Source of the DNA: Kudoa neothunni
Lineage: Eukaryota > Animalia > Cnidaria
Direction: 5' to 3'
DNA: 64,000 nucleotides
Assembly: GCA_964304625.1 (NCBI GenBank)
Contig: OZ199838.1
Coordinates: forward strand, 9,699,245-9,763,244
The position numbers and the translations under genes are program-made. The number at the start of each line of letters is the position of its first letter. Positions within the stretch are counted from its first letter, which is position 1. The notes beneath the pieces were generated by a model, which was given only the letters and a program-made list of their open reading frames with translations, had not been told where the DNA came from and did not search any database. Of the stretch, positions 56,861 through 64,000 are shown one piece after another.

Positions 56861-57399
56861 TTAAAAAGCCTAGGAAGACGTTTCACCCGATTCAATAAGA
56901 AAATGATGAAAAAAGTCTCGAATTCTGACTAAGTTATCACTTCGACAATGTTTTTTCATCGCAAATATGATTTTTTGAACAGAAGATAAGAATTTGAGTA
57001 CCTCAATTGTTATTAGCTGTAATGATAAAGGTGAAAATGAATAAAAAATATGTATAATAATAAGTTATTTTAATGTCTTAATGAAATTAATATAGTACAT
57101 GATTCGGAAAATAATGAGATAATAAATGAGCATTTGCATATTGAAAGTAAACTAGAATGTGATACGGTATCTCAAACCTCAGACAACCTGGCTGAATCAA
57201 AATAATCAGATAATAATAACAAAAAGTATTCTTTAAATGTAGGATACCTGAGGATTGCCTCATCCGAAATTTACCAAGCTATTTACCATGAAAATCCGTT
57301 AGACTTCGAGAAATTATAGCTTTTTGTGAAAATAATTTCAGACTTCATTAAATAAAATAAAAAAAACAACTTAATAGATGATTATTTTAAAAGGAGATA

Positions 57400-58700
57400 T
57401 TTTTAGATTTGTACAAATGCGCATGTCTTGTACGTTACTGCACATCATTTTTCGAATTTCCAGAAAAGTGTGCGATAACCAATGTTGATTGTATTCGTTT
57501 TTTAGTACGATAAACATAAGGAAAATTAAAAGTCATCGGAATGAATCATCCTTAAAAAATGGTTGTCTATTTAGTATTATTTACCCTTAGAGTTAGCTAT
57601 TGTGGTAATTTTCTTGAGGTAAAATCCATAACATTGACACAATCATTGAAATGATGCGATTATCTATAAAAATTTTCCTGAACAGAGGAAAATTAACCTT
57701 ACCGATTCTTTCTTGTCGGAATTAATATCACTGGGTGTGAACAAAAAACTTATTCAGTCCGGGCTGAATGATAAAACTGGGGAAAATGTTTCCCATAAAT
57801 CCCCCATAACATTAAAAAGATATCTCCTGCGAAAGCGAGCGACGTAGATTCAATTGAGAAATTATTCAAAGAAGATTACAACCTCGAGGTAAAAACATCG
57901 GTCAGTAAAAACTCTGAAACTGGAATATTTTGTATGAATAAGGAAATGAAGCGGATGCTTGAATTCTCCCTCGCTTGATGCCCATAGATACGACCTACGA
58001 ATTGCTATATTCTAGGTATCTAAAGATCACTTCTAGCATCAATTATATGCGAATTCGCAGAGCATCTCTATAAATTGCAACTTTCTAGGATTCATTAAAA
58101 CAGATTCATCTAACGAATGTATGTATTCTCTACAAAAAGACCGAAGAAGTCACTAAGTGATACTTAAGCGAATGGGTTGATACCACTCCTTGGTTGAAAA
58201 CAACGGTATCCACCGTTGTTACGGGCAAAGGTAAGTGTCTCAACATGACATTTACCAATACTTCCTTTTTGTCACGCGGATTTCACGTGCATCAAGTTTT
58301 TCAAAGGAAAGTAACAGTTTGAAAATACGGAATTATTTCCGGGAAAAAGAGTATATTTAAATATTGAAAGCACAATGACTTAACCTAAAATTAAAAGCAA
58401 ATTCAACAGCCCGTATTATGAGCTTTGTCAATAGATTCCTTCGGAATTTATTGAATACTTTGATAAAAGTTGAAAGCCTGCAATTGATGGATAGCTGGAA
58501 TAAGCAATGGTAAAGTCTTTTACGATAATGCATCGAAAAACAGTCTTGAGGCAATCAATTGGAAAATAAAATCTGTTATTACTGTATCCGCTGGATTATC
58601 TTACAGCAAACAAGTTATTAAATATGACTTGTCACTACCCACAAGATGAGACAACTACACTAGTTTATATTGAGACATTTTGTATATTACGACGAAATTG
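57400..58700 (+). mobile_element. Heavily decayed MULE/Mutator-like transposase remnant (boundaries approximate)
   Basis: Scattered + strand peptides IDTTY (about 57984), GFHVHQVF (about 58278, cf. CxFHxxQ), EYFDK and NSLEAINWKIK (cf. TNNxxExxNxxLK), in the expected order. Confidence 0.45.
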
Positions 58701-58962
58701 CTTCTTCTTTTACGTTGCGTTATATAGAGTACAACAACTGGCAACGAGGAATACTTTTTGTTACGTCCCTAGAGAATAAACAAACAATATAATTAATCGG
58801 GCGCTCACTTAGAGGTTTTATACATTATTCTAGTTGTTGTCGTATTTGAGTTAACGCGTGTCTTTTCTTAGCGTAAATTTGCAATTATTTACACTTTTTT
58901 TGCCAATACAACACCTAATCACTCATGACACACAACACAATTTGTGCAAACATTGGTTAATA

Positions 58963-59383
58963 CAGTCGAATCTTGATTACCCGGAAAGTTTTGGTCCAGC
59001 TATTTTCTTTTCGAATAGCGAGGTTCCGGTTAATCGAACATAAACATTGAATCATGCGCGCACATGTTTAAACAATTTTACTATTTATTAAGTAATATAT
59101 TTTATCTTATATAACTCAACTTAAAAATGTGGGCATATCTATTAACTAAGAATATGGTGACTTAAAGGTAAAGCATTACATAATTATGGCAGTTTTTATG
59201 TCTACAGAGGAGTGCCTACTTTTTTAAATAATCGATAATTAATGTTTGTTTGATCTACACACAGGCATGTGTTCAGATATAATACAAATTTATACAAGAA
59301 CTGAATGCTTAAGTTAAGTTTTACAAGAAAAATTTATTAATAAATAACCTAGAAATATTTTTGTTATAAATATTGCATTGGTA
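58963..59383. mobile_element. Tigger-like MITE family 3, copy 2, truncated next to a Helitron
   Basis: TA|CAGTCGAATCTTGATTACCCGGA; colinear with the 23724 copy up to TATTGCATTGGTA. Confidence 0.8.
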
Positions 59384-59390
59384 CATGTTA

Positions 59391-60086
59391 CTAGCGCAAA
59401 AGCCCCGCTTCGTGTGGGCTTCCTTGCCCGGCCAAGTAGGCTAAAGCCTTGAGTATTCCAAGGTCATTTGAAGTTCAAAGTAAATTAAGAGTATTTAGAT
59501 AAATAGTACAAAGATTACCCAATTAACGGAAGATTTATTTAACTAATTGGATGCATGGACCTTATTTAATATTTTTAACAACGCATAAACACTACTTAGC
59601 GTTTAAAATGTCCTCTTTAGAGCTCCTACAAATCGATTTTCTCCTTGTGGTTTGCGGTAATCTCTAAATCAGACTATATGAATATGACTAATCTTGTTAA
59701 ACATCAATAAATAAATTTCATATTAATGTTTTGCTATATAACCTAATATAACCTTCTTTATTTGAACTAATTCAATTACTAAATGACTTTTAAATAATTT
59801 TAACGTAAAATAAACACTATCATACATATAAAATTAACTTGTTATAACATTAACGAATTGATCTATATGTTTGCATAAATTCTCAAATCAAACCAATCAT
59901 ACCGCGTGAAAATGTTTTAATCCATTTTGTAGGATGCAAACCTTTTATAATTTTTTACGTAATTTTCTATGTTAAAATAAAATTTTATCTTTCCATATAT
60001 GTGCTCAAATGGAACGATATGTCTCTCTATAAAGAATAAAAAATGTGTACACACAAACGGATTTCCGGTTTTCTTTATATAGTAGA
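59391..60086 (-). mobile_element. Non-autonomous Helitron
   Basis: Minus strand: 5' A|TCTACTATATAAAG; 3' hairpin GCCCACACGAAGCGGGGC then GCGCTAG|T. Termini resemble those of 37827-38816. Confidence 0.75.
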
Positions 60087-60280
60087 TAACTGAGATGGTC
60101 CACATTTCATTAAATAAATGTCGTAAAATTTTCTAAACGGAAGAAATAAGTTTTTCTCACGGCGGAGGACGAAGCACCACATTTGTGAGATCACAATTAT
60201 TAATTGTTATCTCTCAAATGTGACGTCGGATTAGGAGGGCCTATACTAAAGTTCAGCCTGTATGTTGTACATGCAGTGAT

Positions 60281-61896
60281 TTTTGACACTGGCTATTCTC
60301 ACGGAAACGAATAACTCCTCCGTTATAGAAGATATTTCAAATCTGATATCTTGTTTGAATTTAGTTATTTTAATCTAATTTTTTTATGTAAAAATTGTTT
60401 GAAAATGTAAAGAATAAAAATTAAACATTTTGTCTGCTCTATTTACATTGTTCAATAAGTACACTCATATTTTTGAGTCTAATAATATGTAATATAAACA
60501 TTCTAATTGAAATGAAAATTAAAAACGTTTACTAATAAGTAGAAACTGTTCTGTTCGTGCATTCTTGTGTCACAAACCATGTCTGAATATGCGAGTGAAT
60601 CCTATTTGATTGTGGTGCGTTCTATTTCGTGAGGCTATTTCTAAGTTTTATATAACTTTGAATTAACTAAAATCTGTAGAACAAGTTTATATATTACATT
60701 CAGTTGGAGAAGAGAAATTTATGTTTTCGTAATATATAAAATACCAATTGCATGGGATAAGTCTGAAAGTGGTGTTATTATTGCTTCCTATGAAGCGCTG
60801 TTAAAATAATTTGCTAAAACCTGTACCGTTTATTAAAAAATATTATTGTCTTGTTAAAATTTCGAATGTCGTTATTTTGGAGGAAATTTTTGTAGGCGCA
60901 CAGCTAAACAGCCATGGCTAGTGGTTGGGTTGATCAATTCTTCATTGGAGTGAAAAATGAATTTTCTGAACTATTAAAATTATACATTCCTCAGTATCAG
61001 GAAGAAAATGTTTGCAATCTTTTAATGAAATTTTTCAGACCAATTCAAAGTGCTCAAGGACGAATTAACCGTTATTTTAACTCCAACATTGTTTATTATA
61101 ATACCTACTACATTTCTACGTTGGCTCGCTATACAAAAATCAAAGCAAAGATACCTCAAAAATCACCATTCAAAAATTTTCATTTTATAAATTTACCCAT
61201 TGAGACGATACCAGAGGAATTGATGCAGAAAATTTAGAATCACCCTGCTTGTTAAAAATTGATAAATGAGTTTAAATTAACAAGTATAGGTTCTGTATTC
61301 ACGAATAGGCACCATGAAAATCTTTCTCATACTTCTGGTCAATGTAAATAGATTTGTGGGGACAAAACAACGAAAATTCCCCGAAATTATGGTACAATCT
61401 TATAGATACATATGAAAAATGGTTTACATCTATGTAAAATTCTTCGAATCCAATTAATATCCATTAATTAACGACAATTTTGTTAAATTTATATTAAAAA
61501 ATGTTTAGATAGAAACATTTTTTAATATAAATGATTGGAGATAATTCATTCTAAGATAAACTGCATGCGCTGAGACGTATTAAACTAAAAGCTTCTAACC
61601 ACCATTAGATATGTTTACATTTCATTTAAACTAAAATGTTTATATTACACAATATCAGGCTCAAAAAATGTAAGTGTATTTATTGAACAGTGTAAATAGG
61701 GCAAAGAAAATGTTTAATTTTTATTCTTTACATTTTCAAACAATTTTTACATAAAAAAATTAGATTAAAATAACTAAATTCAAATAAGATATCAGATTTG
61801 AAATATCTTCTATAACGGAGGAGTTATTCGTTTCCATGAGAATAACCAGTCCCGAGAGGGGATTAAATGGATCCAAGAGAATAGCCACTGTCAAAA
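60281..61896. mobile_element. Long-TIR (about 265 bp) foldback/MULE-like element enclosing ORF 60914-61237
   Basis: About 60281-60545 is the reverse complement of about 61590-61896 (e.g. GAAACGAATAACTCCTCCGTTATAGAAGATATTTCAAATCTGATATC), apart from a short insertion near the right end. Confidence 0.8.
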
Positions 61897-62128
61897 TAGA
61901 ATCCTGAATGGGGTGGGATATTGTCGATAAAGGTCACTAATCGTCCAGAAACGCTGTGTTCCGCTCTTAGATAAATCTGTTAAATAATTAATTTTGCATA
62001 CCGTGCAACCTCGGAGTTCGGCCAAAAATTTTTTAGTCAGAAGCACTTATGAATTCAAACACACATAGAAAGATTATTTAGAACATATCCAGTTGGAGAA
62101 AAAAACAAAGAAGATATAAATTCAAGAA

Positions 62129-62680
62129 TAGGGGTTAGCAACCTACGGTCCACGGCCCTCAGTTATTTTTATCTGGCCCGCCATGCATTAACTGGCATAA
62201 AGAATTTTCTTAATATCTAAAATACCTAAATACTTTTTAATTTGTTATCTAGATCGTTTTTATAAATGTTTATATGTTGTCGATGTAAACGTTTTAACCG
62301 GCGAAATTCATTTTTATTATATCTGAAAACCGGAATGAATTTTAGTGCTAAGTAATATTAAAATTATTTCAATAAAAGTATAAAATGTTTTTAAAAAGGC
62401 ATATAGATACAGCTCATATTACTTGACCTAATCCAATAAATCGTTCATTCACAAGTTTAGCACAAGTTGATTACGCTGTAAGTGAAAATTATTAGAATAT
62501 AATACTCTTGATTTGGCGTAACTTTATATTTTAATAGACTTTTAAAATTCTTAGTTATATATTAAAATTCAAAATTTGAATTAAGAATAATTTAGCATTA
62601 TAGTAGATTAATTTTAATACGGCCTGCATTAGAGTTAGGGTATGTTTGTTCGGCCGGCCACTCTAAAAAATTGCGACCCA
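62129..62680. mobile_element. hAT MITE family 1, copy 3
   Basis: TAGGGGTTAGCAACCT start; colinear with the 32166 copy; flanks TTCAAGAA / TTTAAGAA (7/8 match). Confidence 0.8.
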
Positions 62681-63482
62681 TTTAAGAAGAGTGGCTCAAT
62701 CAAATTGTGCGAACGTTATCGAAAGAGAACTCTTTATAATATATCTATCCTATATTTTATTATTGTATTTAATATTTGTTTGTTATATTTTTAAACACAA
62801 GCTATGCATGTTTTTTCATAATTAAGGGCAAAAAGAGTCATTAATTTGATTCATGTTACGGATTAAACTAATTTTCATTATTTTGCGGGAGAAAAATTAT
62901 TCGGAGTTGGAACACATTTCTAGAACGGATTATGACGGAAGTCCGAGGTTGCATTGCATATCCAAATACGACTTTAAGTAGATAATCTCAAGTTCCATTC
63001 CAATTCATCAAAATTTTTATTTTTCATTGTAGCGAAATGTAATCTTTACAGATATATTTTTACAAAATAAATAACTGATTCTTTAATTCGAAAATTTATG
63101 CTTTAATTAAAACAAAACAAATATTTAAGTGATGGACAAAACAATATCTGTCAGGCATATATATTTAGTGTTTGGATAGTTTTAAGATCATTTAATTTTA
63201 ATATATAATTAAAAAAGGTGAAGAATAATTTAACACAACGTTTATGTTTAGTTATAAACCAACAAGACACACGTATCAATATTACTTAAAAATTAATAAG
63301 AATCATATGTGATCTTCTTATGATAGAAAAGACTTGTATAAATTTCCGACAAAAACAGTTAATAAGAAGGAAATCTATCACATGACTACATACAATCATT
63401 CCTTACAAAAATAGGACTGGCGATTCTTGAAGATTAGCGAAATGTTCCGGGATATTCCGAATAATTGCATCGCAGCCTAGCT

Positions 63483-64000
63483 ATGATTGATCCTTCAGTT
63501 CAAGCTATAATAGAACAAAGAATTCAGATGTACTACAAGACTTTGTGTGAAAATCGCCAAGCTGTGGCTGCGGAATATTACGTGAGATACTCTAATAACG
63601 CTTGCTCGGCATAATAAACAAAATATTTTAGATGAATGATGCTATTTCTGATTTTCAGGGTACCAAATGTGCTAATATTCAGGAAATTCATGAGAAACTG
63701 ACGGTAACCAGGCAACCCTACCACTCTACTATATAAGTTCCACGTGAATTAATTGTGCTGATTTTTAGAGCATGCCTTTTTCCAACCTTCAGATAATGTT
63801 ATCTAAAGTAACGTGCCTGCCCGTTGGCCCAAATGCATTCCATGTGAGCGTTTATGGGAAATTACGAGTAATTATTTTCCTTCTTTTCGCATTAATACGA
63901 TTAAATAACTTAATTTGGAATGTTTTAGGATGCCAACGACCCGGTTCTCGAATTCACTCACAGTATCATTATGCCAGTTGTGAACGGAAATTTGCTGAAG
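63483..64000 (+). CDS. NUTF2: Nuclear transport factor 2-like protein, 3' end outside the window
   Basis: Four spliced exons: MIDPSVQAIIEQRIQMYYKTLCENRQAVAAEYY / MNDAISDFQGTKCANIQEIHEKLT / SMPFSNLQIML...SVYGKLR / DANDPVLEFTHSII. This is colinear with NTF2 (HYY..FDNDR, IVEKLSSLPF, VVGQLKADEDP..FHQ). Confidence 0.75.

Overview
This is AT-rich eukaryotic nuclear DNA, not prokaryotic. It is most likely a fast-evolving metazoan; a compact parasitic lineage is my inference, and I cannot assign the species. Genes are split by many very short GT-AG introns (mostly about 31-90 nt), so the ORF track misses most exons and I spliced them by hand. Genes found: the 3' end of one cytosolic 5'-nucleotidase II (NT5C2) plus a complete tandem paralog; an ALDH3-family gene with five +1-type frameshifts; CNOT2; ARMH3/C10orf76; U2AF2; a secreted protein with five Kunitz domains; an INPP5A-type inositol 5-phosphatase; and the 5' part of an NTF2-like gene. 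Intergenic DNA and two large introns are packed with decayed, often nested transposons: piggyBac, hAT MITEs with 8-bp target-site duplications (TSDs), Tigger/pogo, Helitrons, a MULE-like remnant and a long-TIR foldback element. There is also a GC-rich, tRNA-headed SINE-like element with a strongly self-complementary body. The most interesting signals are: (1) INPP5A appears to have replaced its C-terminal CAAX anchor with an N-myristoylation motif; (2) the five-Kunitz protein has one domain per exon and a varying cysteine pattern; (3) U2AF2 has a degenerate RRM1 and a 9-nt microexon in a tiny-intron genome; (4) the structured SINE RNA is a ribozyme candidate; (5) the ALDH3 lesions are insertion-only. 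I found no clearly new multi-gene system.
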